From the NCBI GenBank assembly GCA_016217925.1, contig JACRFK010000010.1, forward strand, positions 4,784 through 68,783: a stretch of DNA of 64,000 nt. The letters are read 5' to 3'. Numbering within the stretch: the stretch's first letter is position 1; every line of letters starts with the position of its first letter. The notes below the pieces were generated by a model. The model did no database searches, was not told the origin of the DNA, and worked only from the letters and a program-made list of their open reading frames with translations. This document shows, one piece after another, positions 47,197 through 56,344 of the stretch. This DNA comes from Candidatus Kaiserbacteria bacterium (GTDB lineage Bacteria; Patescibacteriota; Minisyncoccia; Phycocordibacterales; UBA2100). The translations under genes were made by a program, and so were the position numbers.

Positions 47197-47745
47197 ATGG
47201 CTCACAAGGCAAAGGCTGCGTTCGTTCCCGCCTATGGGTTGCGGAATGACGGTTGGCTCCATGCTCGGCTTGTTCGGCCCGTCCGGCTGGTAGCGCAGAG
47301 CGTAGAGTCTGTACGTCAGGCAGCGCAATTGCTCAACGATAGCAAGGTCGAGCACATCATCCTCTCGACCTGCTATGACAGCTGGGAAATGGAGGCGGAG
47401 CTCAAAAAAGCTCTGCTCGCATCACTCGGGGTTGACCTCACTCGTGTGAGTGTCATCCCTGCCGTGGTCAACACCAAGACGGAAGTTGAAGCGGCAGGGC
47501 GGATCATTCACGAGTTCGCGATTGAAAAAATCACCATCGTCGCGGACAAGTGGCATCTGCCTCGGGTGCACGAGGTTTTCCGCATGTGGTTCCCAGGCGT
47601 CGGGATCGAAGGGCATTCATTTACAACGCCTCGATTCGAAGTCGTGTATGAGCCCTTGCTTATCAAGAGAATTCGCGGCGGCAACGCGTTGCTCTGGGTC
47701 TTATGGAACTGGGCGTTGTTGCTCAAGCTGAAAATGCGGGGGTGA
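47197..47745 (+). CDS. DUF218/YdcF-SanA-like protein
   Basis: 182 aa. TIVADKWHLPRV resembles the DUF218 HMxR region. Confidence 0.45.
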   Translation: MAHKAKAAFVPAYGLRNDGWLHARLVRPVRLVAQSVESVRQAAQLLNDSKVEHIILSTCYDSWEMEAELKKALLASLGVDLTRVSVIPAVVNTKTEVEAAGRIIHEFAIEKITIVADKWHLPRVHEVFRMWFPGVGIEGHSFTTPRFEVVYEPLLIKRIRGGNALLWVLWNWALLLKLKMRG

Positions 47746-47791
47746 TTTCCCGCGACCCGGCCGCGCGCATGTGCGGCCGGGTAATCGTTTA

Positions 47792-48208
47792 CTACTGCAG
47801 CGTCCAGTCTGTTATTTTCTTCTTCGCCTGTTCGTGAAGGGGAATCTTCAGGCGAAAGGTATCGTTCTCATAATTGTCGCCACCGCGCGGGCCGTTTACA
47901 AAGCTTAAAAAGGCGCATTTTTGGAGAGCGATGAATTCATGAGCCTCACCTTTGTCCCAGCGGGTCACATCGTTTTGCCTGACGACAAATTTCTCGATTT
48001 TCTTACTCCCTTGTTTTCGGCTGAAGGCCTGCATACTGCCGGAGAGCATAAAATCAGTTTGTTGTGATTTCTTGTGGAAGTGATTTCCCCGGACTGACCC
48101 TTTGTTTGAATACACGATAACGCAGTGCTGGTACGGCTCTTTGACAAAAATATCCATTATGGTTCCGCGAGCGTCTTTGAAATCGATTTTTCTCTTTTCT
48201 CTTTTCAT
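47792..48208 (-). CDS. FdtA/WxcM-like cupin (NDP-4-keto-6-deoxyhexose 3,4-ketoisomerase family)
   Basis: 138 aa. RGNHFHKKSQQTDFMLSGSMQA matches FdtA RGFHAHKKLEQVLVCLNGSCRV. Confidence 0.6.
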   Translation of the reverse strand: MKREKRKIDFKDARGTIMDIFVKEPYQHCVIVYSNKGSVRGNHFHKKSQQTDFMLSGSMQAFSRKQGSKKIEKFVVRQNDVTRWDKGEAHEFIALQKCAFLSFVNGPRGGDNYENDTFRLKIPLHEQAKKKITDWTLQ

Positions 48209-48212
48209 ATGG

Positions 48213-49418
48213 CTATTCTATGACATGAGGGGTAATGAAGCTCAGGTGGGGGTATTTCGGAGAGATCTTGCCTTTCAAGAAATCGGCGATATTCCAAGCG
48301 AGAATGAGGGCGTGCGTAACGTCTTCGGTTATAGCGTCGTCAGAGCGTATCGGAAGGTGCGAACCGGGAGTATATTTGCCGATTTTTAAAGGGGATGCGT
48401 CGGTGGCGAAGTCAATGAGCGTGGTGTCTATGCCACAGTAGTTTAAAAGCGTATTTCCTTTGGCAGCCGCACCTATCGCTACCACTTTCCCGCCTCCTGT
48501 ACGAGCATCCACCAATTCTTTAAGCAAATGTATCTTGCAGTCCCTAACGCTTGCTGCGAATTTCTCCCACGTTCCCACAGTGTAAAGCCCGGATTTCTCC
48601 TCTAAAGCGATTTGCTTTTTTACCAAGGGGCTTTCTTCGCCGAAGCCGACAAAGATCCGTATCGATCCGCTCATGTAGTCATTTTCCTCAAGGTGGGTAA
48701 TGGAAAGACCAAATTTCTTGAAAAAGGGGACAAGAGGCTTCACGGCGACGTACGATACGTGTTCAAGGTAGATGACGTCAAAATGTTTCTTCCTGATAAT
48801 TTCCAGGAAGTAAGGAAGTTCAATCACAAAGCTGCCTTCTTTGTCCAAAATGGAAATCACACATTTCATGAATTCATCAAGAGGAGAAATGTGATTGAAT
48901 GCGTTCGTTATCGTAATTGCTTTCGCTCGACCCTTTTTCAAGATTATTTTGGCGGACGATTCGTTAAAAAAATCATTGATCGTAGGAATGCCATTCTTCT
49001 CGGCAAGCGCCACAATGTTTGGAGCCGGATCCACTCCTTGTATCGTTGCTCCGAGATTTTTGAATGCACCAAGGAGAGTGCCGATGTTGCTGCCTATGTC
49101 CACGATAAGTTCTCCCTTCTGTACTCCCGCTCGCTCGCTTACCTCCTTTGCCATATCCGTGAAGTGCCCTACTGAAATCTTAGAATTGCCGGAGTCGTAG
49201 CTGTAATCATTTTCTTGATAGCGGACTTCTGCGGGGACGACAAAACTGTTCATCCCATGTCCACAATTTTGGCAGAGAAGTACGGAAAGAGGATACCGTC
49301 TCTCCGGTTCTTGGAGTTGATTCTCTTTGAGAAAGAAGTCCGCCAGCGGATGGAATCCAAGATCGAGGACCTTCTTTAGAGACTGAGAACCGCACAAATG
49401 ACAGTTCGTGACATTCAT
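48213..49418 (-). CDS. TylC3-type NDP-hexose C-methyltransferase-like protein, second copy (AT-rich)
   Basis: 401 aa. CHLCGSQSL...CQNCGH zinc ribbon, motif I IVDIGSNIG and the C-terminal domain. Same architecture as 41433-42695 but markedly lower GC. Confidence 0.7.
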   Translation of the reverse strand: MNVTNCHLCGSQSLKKVLDLGFHPLADFFLKENQLQEPERRYPLSVLLCQNCGHGMNSFVVPAEVRYQENDYSYDSGNSKISVGHFTDMAKEVSERAGVQKGELIVDIGSNIGTLLGAFKNLGATIQGVDPAPNIVALAEKNGIPTINDFFNESSAKIILKKGRAKAITITNAFNHISPLDEFMKCVISILDKEGSFVIELPYFLEIIRKKHFDVIYLEHVSYVAVKPLVPFFKKFGLSITHLEENDYMSGSIRIFVGFGEESPLVKKQIALEEKSGLYTVGTWEKFAASVRDCKIHLLKELVDARTGGGKVVAIGAAAKGNTLLNYCGIDTTLIDFATDASPLKIGKYTPGSHLPIRSDDAITEDVTHALILAWNIADFLKGKISPKYPHLSFITPHVIE

Positions 49419-49804
49419 AGGGCGATTTTATCATCCACGAAGGGTCCATCCTTGAAGGCGTACATGAGGGCGTCTTCGATGACCCGTACCTCATGACCGC
49501 CCCGTATGATGAGCAGGCATTGGCCCTCCGTAACGCGTTTATTCTCAATTAGTTCTCCTTTCTCGTCAAAAATACTTGCCTCAATCGCACCCTTGATCAC
49601 GACGATGGCCTCCTGGGGTTGTTGGGTGGTCTTAGTGATTTTTTTGTGGGTATGTTTTGCGACCACATGGCCACTCTTCCGTTTCATGAGGAGTAATTGG
49701 ATTGACCACGCAGGATCAGTGGCAGGAAACGTGCCCTCTTGGATTGATTCAAGATCCAGGACGACCGCAAACACTTCTCCTCCCGATTTGATTTCAGTTC
49801 TCAT
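49415..49804 (-). CDS. FdtA/WxcM-like cupin, second copy
   Basis: 129 aa. HVVAKHTHKKITKT (the HxHKK signature shared with 47792). Confidence 0.5.
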   Translation of the reverse strand: MRTEIKSGGEVFAVVLDLESIQEGTFPATDPAWSIQLLLMKRKSGHVVAKHTHKKITKTTQQPQEAIVVIKGAIEASIFDEKGELIENKRVTEGQCLLIIRGGHEVRVIEDALMYAFKDGPFVDDKIAL

Positions 49805-50774
49805 TGGGGTGTGCCATATCGTAATCTATCATCGCGTGAACAATCTCGTGAAATTTCATTTTTGGTTTCCAGCCTATCTTTTTTATTTTTGAAGCATCTC
49901 CAAGAAGCAGGGGAACCTCATTCGGCCTCTTGTAGCGCTCGTGGATTTGTACGTATTTCTTCCAATTCAGCCCGACGTATGAAAACGCCTCTTCGACAAA
50001 TTCCTTGATGGTATGGGTTTCTCCTGTCGCGACGACGTATACGTCCGGTTCCTTTTGCTGCATGATGAGATATATCGCCTCAACAAACTCCGGGGACCAT
50101 CCCCAGTCGCGTTTTGCGTTTAGATTTCCGAGCACCAAATTTTCTTGAAGCCCTTGTTTAATCCTAGCCACTGCTTTGCTCACTTTTTTTGTGACGAAGG
50201 TACCGCCGCGTCGCGGGCTTTCGTGATTGAACAGTATGCCTGTAGTCGCAAACATGCCGTATCCGTCGCGGTATTGTCTTGTGAGATGGTACGCAGCCAA
50301 TTTTGCGACACCATACGGACTTTGAGGATTCATCGGTGTCTTTTCGTTATACGGGGCCGGTACACCCGGGACTCCAAACATCTCCGAACTCGACGCCTGG
50401 TAAAACTTGGTATGGGGGGATAGTTTCCTCAGCGCTTCCAGGACGTTCAATACACCGACCGCATTCGCCTCCAGGGTATATTGCGGTACCTCAAAGGACA
50501 CTTTTACATGAGACATGGCGCCGAGGTTATAGAATTCATCAGGCCGAACTTCTGAAATTATGCCGGCTATAGATGGACTGTCCGTGAGGTCACCGTGATG
50601 CGTATGAAAATCCGGATTTCCGACAATGAGATGGTCTATCCGAGCTGAGGCAAAAGAAGAGAGCCGGCGCATTATCCCGTGCACCTCGTATCCTTTTGAG
50701 AGAAGAAGCTCCGCTAAATATGAACCGTCCTGTCCCGTGACGCCACTTATAATGGCTTTTTTCTTATTCTTCAT
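49794..50774 (-). CDS. gmd: GDP-mannose 4,6-dehydratase (lower-GC copy)
   Basis: First ATG (aa 9; the track start is GTG). [36 protein letters not shown]. Confidence 0.9.
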   Translation of the reverse strand: MKNKKKAIISGVTGQDGSYLAELLLSKGYEVHGIMRRLSSFASARIDHLIVGNPDFHTHHGDLTDSPSIAGIISEVRPDEFYNLGAMSHVKVSFEVPQYTLEANAVGVLNVLEALRKLSPHTKFYQASSSEMFGVPGVPAPYNEKTPMNPQSPYGVAKLAAYHLTRQYRDGYGMFATTGILFNHESPRRGGTFVTKKVSKAVARIKQGLQENLVLGNLNAKRDWGWSPEFVEAIYLIMQQKEPDVYVVATGETHTIKEFVEEAFSYVGLNWKKYVQIHERYKRPNEVPLLLGDASKIKKIGWKPKMKFHEIVHAMIDYDMAHPNEN

Positions 50775-50894
50775 AGACGAGTTTGAGTCATCATACACGT
50801 TTTGACATCTTTTTCATCTGATCTTTGAAAGAATCTCCAAGAAGAAAGCAATACTAGCAGACTGCTATTCTTCGGACAAGCTATCGATGTTATC

Positions 50895-51593
50895 ATGCAG
50901 ATCATGCGCTCGGTCGCTGTTGTGGGTTCACAAGGATACGTCGGGAGCGTTTTATACGAGCGGCTTCTCCGCTCTTCAGAATATGCCCCAGAAGGGGTCA
51001 CAAGAGAAAACCACTCCATCATGAAGGAGAAGGATTTTGATATACTCATCAATTGCGCGATGCCATCTGGAAAGTTCTGGGCCAACAATAATCCCGAGGT
51101 TGATTTTAAAGAAACAGTAGAGAAAACAGCAAATCTTTTATATGGATGGAAGTTCAAAAAGTTCGTCCAAGTAAGCACTGTATCAGCGCGATGCCAATTA
51201 GACACCATATATGGTCGCCATAAAGCGGCTGCAGAGAAGCTGTGCGATTTTGGTAACAATCTCATTGTCCGCCTCGGGGCACTCTATAGCCCGGAAATGA
51301 AGAAAGGCGTGCTTGTGGACATGATCCAAGGCAAGAAGGTTTACGTAAACGGAGCAAGCCGCTACCCCTTTATTTCTGTATCCTTTTGCGCAGATTGGGT
51401 AGTGTCAAACCTTGACCGGGAGGGCACTGTAGAGATCGGGGGAACGAACGCCATTGCTTTGAAGGATGTGGCGGACCACATTGGGGCGAGCGTGGAGTTT
51501 GAAGGAGCTATCCATCATCTTGATATAGAAAGTACGGAAGATCTCCCGGAAGCAAGCGATGTCTTGCATTTCCTTGATTCATTGAAGAAGTGA
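50895..51593 (+). CDS. short SDR-type NAD(P)-binding sugar-nucleotide reductase-like protein (RmlD-like)
   Basis: 232 aa. VAVVGSQGYVGS Rossmann motif, YGRHK (YxxxK). AT-rich. Confidence 0.5.
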   Translation: MQIMRSVAVVGSQGYVGSVLYERLLRSSEYAPEGVTRENHSIMKEKDFDILINCAMPSGKFWANNNPEVDFKETVEKTANLLYGWKFKKFVQVSTVSARCQLDTIYGRHKAAAEKLCDFGNNLIVRLGALYSPEMKKGVLVDMIQGKKVYVNGASRYPFISVSFCADWVVSNLDREGTVEIGGTNAIALKDVADHIGASVEFEGAIHHLDIESTEDLPEASDVLHFLDSLKK

Positions 51594-51629
51594 TACGGTA
51601 TTGCCGCTCGCTCAGCATAGTGAAGAAAC

Positions 51630-52616
51630 TCAGCCCCTGCCCAGAATTTTTTTAAATAATCGGTGCAACATTCGTTGTGCTCGAGCTACTATTCTTACAA
51701 ATGTACGGGAAACATACCAAAAGAAAAAGCGATTTGCTGCTTGCAGGCGAATGTAGTTTCTCTTCAGGAACGGATCGCGGGTAATATAATCAATATCTTT
51801 TTCCCTTATAATTCTATCCTCAAGCACGCCTCCTGCTGCGGTTAAAAGTTTTTGGTGGCGCGAGAAGAATAGGCGGGCATTTCTTTGGATGGTTGAACTT
51901 GCCGACATAACCCCAGGGGCTGTTCTTGTTTTCCCCCAGCTGCTGTCTGAGCGATAGTTAATCCAAAAAGCTCCACACTTCATTCCGTAGAGCCACGTGG
52001 CACGCAGTACAAGGTCTGCTTCGTCGAATTGTCCCGGAGCAAAGAGCTCGTCGAGATATCCAAGTTTTTTTAGGATGTCATTTCGAAATGCAATAGGTCC
52101 TCGATTGATAATATTACGAATCGTAAATGTATCTCGCGGGAGTGACAAAAACGCTCTTGCTGCATAATCATAGTAACAAGGGGCACCTTCGGTATCCCCC
52201 TGTTTTACGTTAAACGCCGCCTTACTCGAAACGGCAAATATGTCATCAAAAGCGCGAAGAGGGTACGTAAAACGCCGTTCCCATCCTTTTTCTTCAATAA
52301 CTACATCGTCTTGGAGGGTGATGAGATACTCCTCTCGCGCAAGGCGAAATCCGATATTATTAGCTCTGAGCTCGTAGACATTTTCTGCGGTTGCGATTAT
52401 CAGGTTTTTCAGAAGAGTGACCTTATTATCCTTAAGAAACTGTTCGCTAATTTTTTGAGATCCATCAGTGCACCCGTCAAAAACCAAAATCAGATTAAAT
52501 GGCGTGGTCGTGTTGTTCAAGATTCCCGCGAGGACTCTAGGAATAAGTTGTTCTTGATTGTGTATACTGATAACAATATCAAGCGCAGTGAGCGGTTTTG
52601 GGTGCGTAGACGACAT
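51630..52616 (-). CDS. GT2 glycosyltransferase
   Basis: 328 aa. LILVFDGCTDGS and LQDDV (DxD). Coordinates taken from the ORF track; my own count of the start codon differed by 1 nt in this line. Confidence 0.75.
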   Translation of the reverse strand: MSSTHPKPLTALDIVISIHNQEQLIPRVLAGILNNTTTPFNLILVFDGCTDGSQKISEQFLKDNKVTLLKNLIIATAENVYELRANNIGFRLAREEYLITLQDDVVIEEKGWERRFTYPLRAFDDIFAVSSKAAFNVKQGDTEGAPCYYDYAARAFLSLPRDTFTIRNIINRGPIAFRNDILKKLGYLDELFAPGQFDEADLVLRATWLYGMKCGAFWINYRSDSSWGKTRTAPGVMSASSTIQRNARLFFSRHQKLLTAAGGVLEDRIIREKDIDYITRDPFLKRNYIRLQAANRFFFWYVSRTFVRIVARAQRMLHRLFKKILGRG

Positions 52617-52625
52617 ATTTTTTGC

Positions 52626-53561
52626 TCACGCGCTGTTAAAAGAATTTTTGAACCATACGTACGTGCTCGCTAGTCCTTGCTCGAGCGGAATCGTGTGTTT
52701 CCAACCGAGTGCGTGGATCTTGCTTACATCTAGCTTCTTTTGGGGCGTACCGTCGGGCTTAGTTTTGTCCCAGACTATTTTCCCATTGTAGCCGACGGTG
52801 GCGGCAATGAGTTCAGCAAGCTCCCTGATGGTCACATCTTCTCCCGTACCGATGTTGATGATAGAAGGATCATCGTATGTTTCCATGAGGAAGACGCAAG
52901 CGCTTCCAAGGTCGTCAACGTGCAAAAATTCGCGTTTGGGGGCGCCGGTGCCCCAGACCGTGACCGTCGGGGCGTCGGACATTTTTGCCTCGTGGAAACG
53001 TCGTATCAGCGCGGGAAGGACATGCGAACGCTCGGGGGAGAAATTGTCGTTGGGACCATATAGATTCGTCGGCATGACGGAAATGAAATTGCAGCCGTAT
53101 TGACGGTGGTACGCCTGGCACATTTCAATTCCCGCGATTTTGGCCATGGCATACGCGCTGTTCGTTTCTTCGAGAGGACCGGTCATGAGGTACTCCTCCT
53201 TGATAGGCTGGGGTGCGAGTTTGGGGTAAATGCATGAACTCCCGAGGAAGAGCAATTTCTTGACCCCGCTTTTGTATGCCTCGTGCAAGACATTGGTCTG
53301 CACGATGAGGTTCTCGCGGATGAAATCTGCCGGATAGGTATTGTTGGCCATGATGCCTCCCACGCGTGCGGCGGCGAGGAAGACGTATTCGGGCCTTTCA
53401 GTTTCAAAAAATGCCCGAACAGCGATTGGATCCAACAGGTCGAGCTCGTCATGTGTTCGTACAATAATATTGGTGTATCTTTTCCGTTCGAGCTCTCGTA
53501 CGATAGATGAGCCGACGAGGCCTCGGTGTCCGGCGACATATATTTTGGAGTTCTTTTCCAT
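52626..53561 (-). CDS. fcl: GDP-L-fucose synthase (GDP-4-keto-6-deoxy-D-mannose 3,5-epimerase/4-reductase)
   Basis: 311 aa. [15 protein letters not shown] is a typical Fcl/WcaG start. YAMAK (YxxxK). Confidence 0.85.
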   Translation of the reverse strand: MEKNSKIYVAGHRGLVGSSIVRELERKRYTNIIVRTHDELDLLDPIAVRAFFETERPEYVFLAAARVGGIMANNTYPADFIRENLIVQTNVLHEAYKSGVKKLLFLGSSCIYPKLAPQPIKEEYLMTGPLEETNSAYAMAKIAGIEMCQAYHRQYGCNFISVMPTNLYGPNDNFSPERSHVLPALIRRFHEAKMSDAPTVTVWGTGAPKREFLHVDDLGSACVFLMETYDDPSIINIGTGEDVTIRELAELIAATVGYNGKIVWDKTKPDGTPQKKLDVSKIHALGWKHTIPLEQGLASTYVWFKNSFNSA

Positions 53562-53564
53562 TCT

Positions 53565-54041
53565 TTATTTCAACGCTTTTAAGGCTCCTTCAATCCGTGC
53601 CTTCACGTTGGGGTGTAGAGTCGGATCGCTCACAGAGAACCAGCGTATTTCGCTGTGTTGGCTATCCGGCTTCATCGATTCGTCCGCAATAGTGCATACA
53701 AAGTATACATCGACAGCGTGGTAGTTTACTCCCTCAAAGATGGAGGAATCGTTTATTTCGTTGAGGACACCGGCAAACGTAAGCGCTGTCGGGGGAATAG
53801 AGAGTGCGAGCTCTTGCTTGGCGATGCGACAAGCGGCCTCCAAGAAGTTTTCATTCTTGAAGAAGCGGCCGCCGAAACTGTAAAATTCTCCCGCATAGGG
53901 TTCATTGGTCCGCTTGCCAAGAAGTACCTTCGACTTGTCGGGATTCAGGAATAGTACGTCAACGGTGACGAGCGGCATGTTTTCCATCGCGGCGCGGTAG
54001 AGCTCTAATGGCACCATTCCTCCTATAGGTTGTTTCATCAT
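53565..54041 (-). CDS. NUDIX hydrolase, GDP-mannose mannosyl hydrolase (Gmm/WcaH)-like
   Basis: 158 aa. NUDIX fold (GKRTNEPYAGEFYSFGGRF...E..AACRIAKQELAL). Position gmd-...-fcl-gmm as in colanic-acid-type loci. Confidence 0.65.
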   Translation of the reverse strand: MMKQPIGGMVPLELYRAAMENMPLVTVDVLFLNPDKSKVLLGKRTNEPYAGEFYSFGGRFFKNENFLEAACRIAKQELALSIPPTALTFAGVLNEINDSSIFEGVNYHAVDVYFVCTIADESMKPDSQHSEIRWFSVSDPTLHPNVKARIEGALKALK

Positions 54042-54322
54042 CCCGTTAGAGATAGGAAGCCTTTCAAGCGATTCTTGATGTAGCGCTTACCCATCCCAAA
54101 TTTAAGAAATAATTCTCTCGACCGTGCGTCATCTTCGTTCCTGCACATTTCGTAGTATATCAACTCTAGCGGACGACGTCCTTTTGTCGAACGACTAAGA
54201 CCGTCGCTGTGTTGCTTGAAACGCTTCCGTAGGTCGTTCGTGAACCCCGTATACGTTTCCCCGTCTTTGAGGCTTCGGAGAATGTAAGTATAGAAACTTT
54301 CTTTATCTCTAACGGGAATCAT
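54038..54322 (-). CDS. GIY-YIG nuclease domain protein (stand-alone, 94 aa)
   Basis: [29 protein letters not shown] is the GIY-YIG motif. Wedged, with overlapping stops and starts, between the gmm-like gene and the high-GC gmd. Confidence 0.7.
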   Translation of the reverse strand: MIPVRDKESFYTYILRSLKDGETYTGFTNDLRKRFKQHSDGLSRSTKGRRPLELIYYEMCRNEDDARSRELFLKFGMGKRYIKNRLKGFLSLTG

Positions 54323-55368
54323 GCTTCTTTGTTGTCCAACTCGGCGAGATCAGCTTCTATCATAATCCGGATAAGTTCTTTGAATTTGACTTTTGGTTTC
54401 CATCCGAGCTTTCGCTTTGCCTTGGACGCATCTCCTTGAAGAATATCCACTTCGGCAGGGCGGTAGTAGTGCGGATCTATTTCAACGAGAGTTTTCCCCG
54501 AAAGGCGGTCGATGCCTTTTTCCTGCCGGCCTTTTCCTTTCCAGATAACGTCGAATCCCAGTTGGCGCCCGGCCTCTTCGACGAGCTCGCGGACGGAATG
54601 CGTCTCGCCCGTCGCGAGGATGTAATCGTCGGGCTCTTTTTGCTGGAGCATGCGCCACATACCCTCCACGTAATCTTTGGCGTAGCCCCAGTCGCGCTTC
54701 GCGTCGAGGTTGCCCAGATATATCTTTTCTTGCAGGCCACGGCTGATGCGGGAGAGCCCGGCAGTAACTTTGCGCGTGACGAACGTCTCGCCACGGCGGG
54801 GGCTCTCATGATTGAACAATATTCCGTTGCATGCGAAGAGTCCGTAGCTCTCGCGGTAATTCTTGGCTATCCAAAATCCGAACACTTTTGCGCAGCCGTA
54901 CGGCGAGCGGGGATGGAAGGGCGTCGTTTCCTTTTGGGGTATCTCGTTGACCTTTCCGAACATTTCCGAGGAAGATGCCTGGTAGAAGCGCGTTTTGATG
55001 CCCGTCTCGCGGATGGCGTCGAGCATACGGAGTGTGCCTATCGCGTCTACATCGGCGGTGTATTCGGGGATGTCGAAGCTCACGCGCACATGGCTCTGCG
55101 CGCCGAGGTGGTATATCTCGTCGGGCCTCACTTTTTCCAGAATGCGATTGATGCTGCTCGTGTCGGAAAGATCGCCGTAGTGGAGGAGGAGGCGGACGTT
55201 GCGTTCGTGCGGGTCGCGTAGGATATGTTCGAGTCGTCCCGTGTTGAAACTGCTGGAGCGGCGGATGATGCCGTGTACCTCGTAGCCCTTCTCGAGGAGC
55301 AGCTCGGCGAGATAGGAGCCGTCTTGGCCGGTGATGCCCGTAATGAGGGCTTTTTTCGCTTTTGCCAT
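54319..55368 (-). CDS. gmd: GDP-mannose 4,6-dehydratase (high-GC copy)
   Basis: 349 aa. [36 protein letters not shown]. Confidence 0.9.
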   Translation of the reverse strand: MAKAKKALITGITGQDGSYLAELLLEKGYEVHGIIRRSSSFNTGRLEHILRDPHERNVRLLLHYGDLSDTSSINRILEKVRPDEIYHLGAQSHVRVSFDIPEYTADVDAIGTLRMLDAIRETGIKTRFYQASSSEMFGKVNEIPQKETTPFHPRSPYGCAKVFGFWIAKNYRESYGLFACNGILFNHESPRRGETFVTRKVTAGLSRISRGLQEKIYLGNLDAKRDWGYAKDYVEGMWRMLQQKEPDDYILATGETHSVRELVEEAGRQLGFDVIWKGKGRQEKGIDRLSGKTLVEIDPHYYRPAEVDILQGDASKAKRKLGWKPKVKFKELIRIMIEADLAELDNKEA

Positions 55369-55454
55369 CGGTGCATGGTAGCCTCGCTGGGCTCATTTCG
55401 CAAGGAAATCCGGTTGCATGCAGTAGACGAGGAGTGCATACTTCGGCGCATGAG

Positions 55455-55524
55455 TCCCGTTAGAAATAGCCCGCCCCGTTGGCCCTTCGGGCGCGCAAGC
55501 GCGGGCGCGATTTCTAACGGGATG
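55455..55524 (+). promoter_or_regulatory. compound hairpin leader whose 3' arm overlaps the start codon (shared 13-mer TTCTAACGGGATG)
   Basis: TCCCGTTAGAAAT (55455-55467) pairs with ATTTCTAACGGGA (55510-55522). They enclose a GC-rich sub-structure that includes GCCC-ttcg-GGGC. The ATG at 55522 is inside the stem. Confidence 0.35.
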
Positions 55525-56331
55525 AAGAAAACGAAGAAACCGGTTGTATGGGTGGCGGTTTCCGGCGGCTTCGACCCCCTACACATCGGGCACGTGCGCA
55601 TGTTCCGCGAGGCGCGGCAGCTTGGCGACAAACTCGTCGTCATTATGAACAACGACAACTGGTTGCGAGGGAAGAAAGGTTTCGTATTCATGCCGCAGAA
55701 GGAGCGCGCCGAGATAATCAGGCACCTGCCATTTGTCGACAAGGTCGTCCTTACCGACCACCAGAAAGGTGATGCGGACAAAAGCGTCTCGCGTACGCTC
55801 ACCAAAGTCCGCCCGGACATCTTCGCCAACGGCGGTGATAGATTTTCAAAAAACGTCCCCGAAGTCGCCGTGTGTAAAAAGCTCGGCATCAAAATGGTTT
55901 TCAATGTGGGGCAAGGCGGCAAGGTGCAGTCTTCATCGTGGATGATAAGCAATTCGCGCCGGCCCGCATCGAAATCCGTCCGGCCGTGGGGAGAATATTA
56001 CGGATGGGATGAGGGGAGTGAGTGGAATCTCAAGACTATTTACATCAAACCGAAAAGCCGATTGAGCCTGCAATACCATCATCATCGCGAAGAGTGGTGG
56101 CTGCTTGTGGAAGGTGATGCGACCGCGACTGTGCACGAAGGCAAGGAGGTACTCACGATACCGCTCCGCAAAGGGGAAGTGTTCCGCGTCGGTAAAAAGC
56201 AGATACACCGGCTCTCGTCCAAAAAAGGCGGAGTCGTCGTCGAAGTGGCGTACGGGAAATTTAGCGAGGAAGACATCGTGCGGCTAGAAGACGACCACGG
56301 CCGCCCAACTTTAAAACGGCGCGGGCGGTGA
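55522..56331 (+). CDS. fusion protein: RfaE-domain-II-like cytidylyl/adenylyltransferase (HxGH nucleotidyltransferase) + type-II phosphomannose-isomerase-like cupin
   Basis: Internal ATG (aa 100 of track ORF 55225). N-terminal VVWVAVSGGFDPLHIGHVRMFREARQLGDKLVVIMNNDNWLRGKKG matches HldE/RfaE II. The C-terminus (SLQYHHHREEWWLLVEGDATATVHEG...EEDIVRLEDDHGR) matches the ManC/PMI C-terminal cupin. Confidence 0.7.
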   Translation: MKKTKKPVVWVAVSGGFDPLHIGHVRMFREARQLGDKLVVIMNNDNWLRGKKGFVFMPQKERAEIIRHLPFVDKVVLTDHQKGDADKSVSRTLTKVRPDIFANGGDRFSKNVPEVAVCKKLGIKMVFNVGQGGKVQSSSWMISNSRRPASKSVRPWGEYYGWDEGSEWNLKTIYIKPKSRLSLQYHHHREEWWLLVEGDATATVHEGKEVLTIPLRKGEVFRVGKKQIHRLSSKKGGVVVEVAYGKFSEEDIVRLEDDHGRPTLKRRGR

Positions 56332-56344
56332 TATACTCTTTCCA

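Noticed and set aside
52558-52791. 77-aa plus-strand ORF across the GT2 and fcl junction.
   Set aside because: It overlaps two well-supported minus-strand genes and has no motif. My own base count in this line disagreed with the track by 1 nt, so I did not rely on hand-derived coordinates here.
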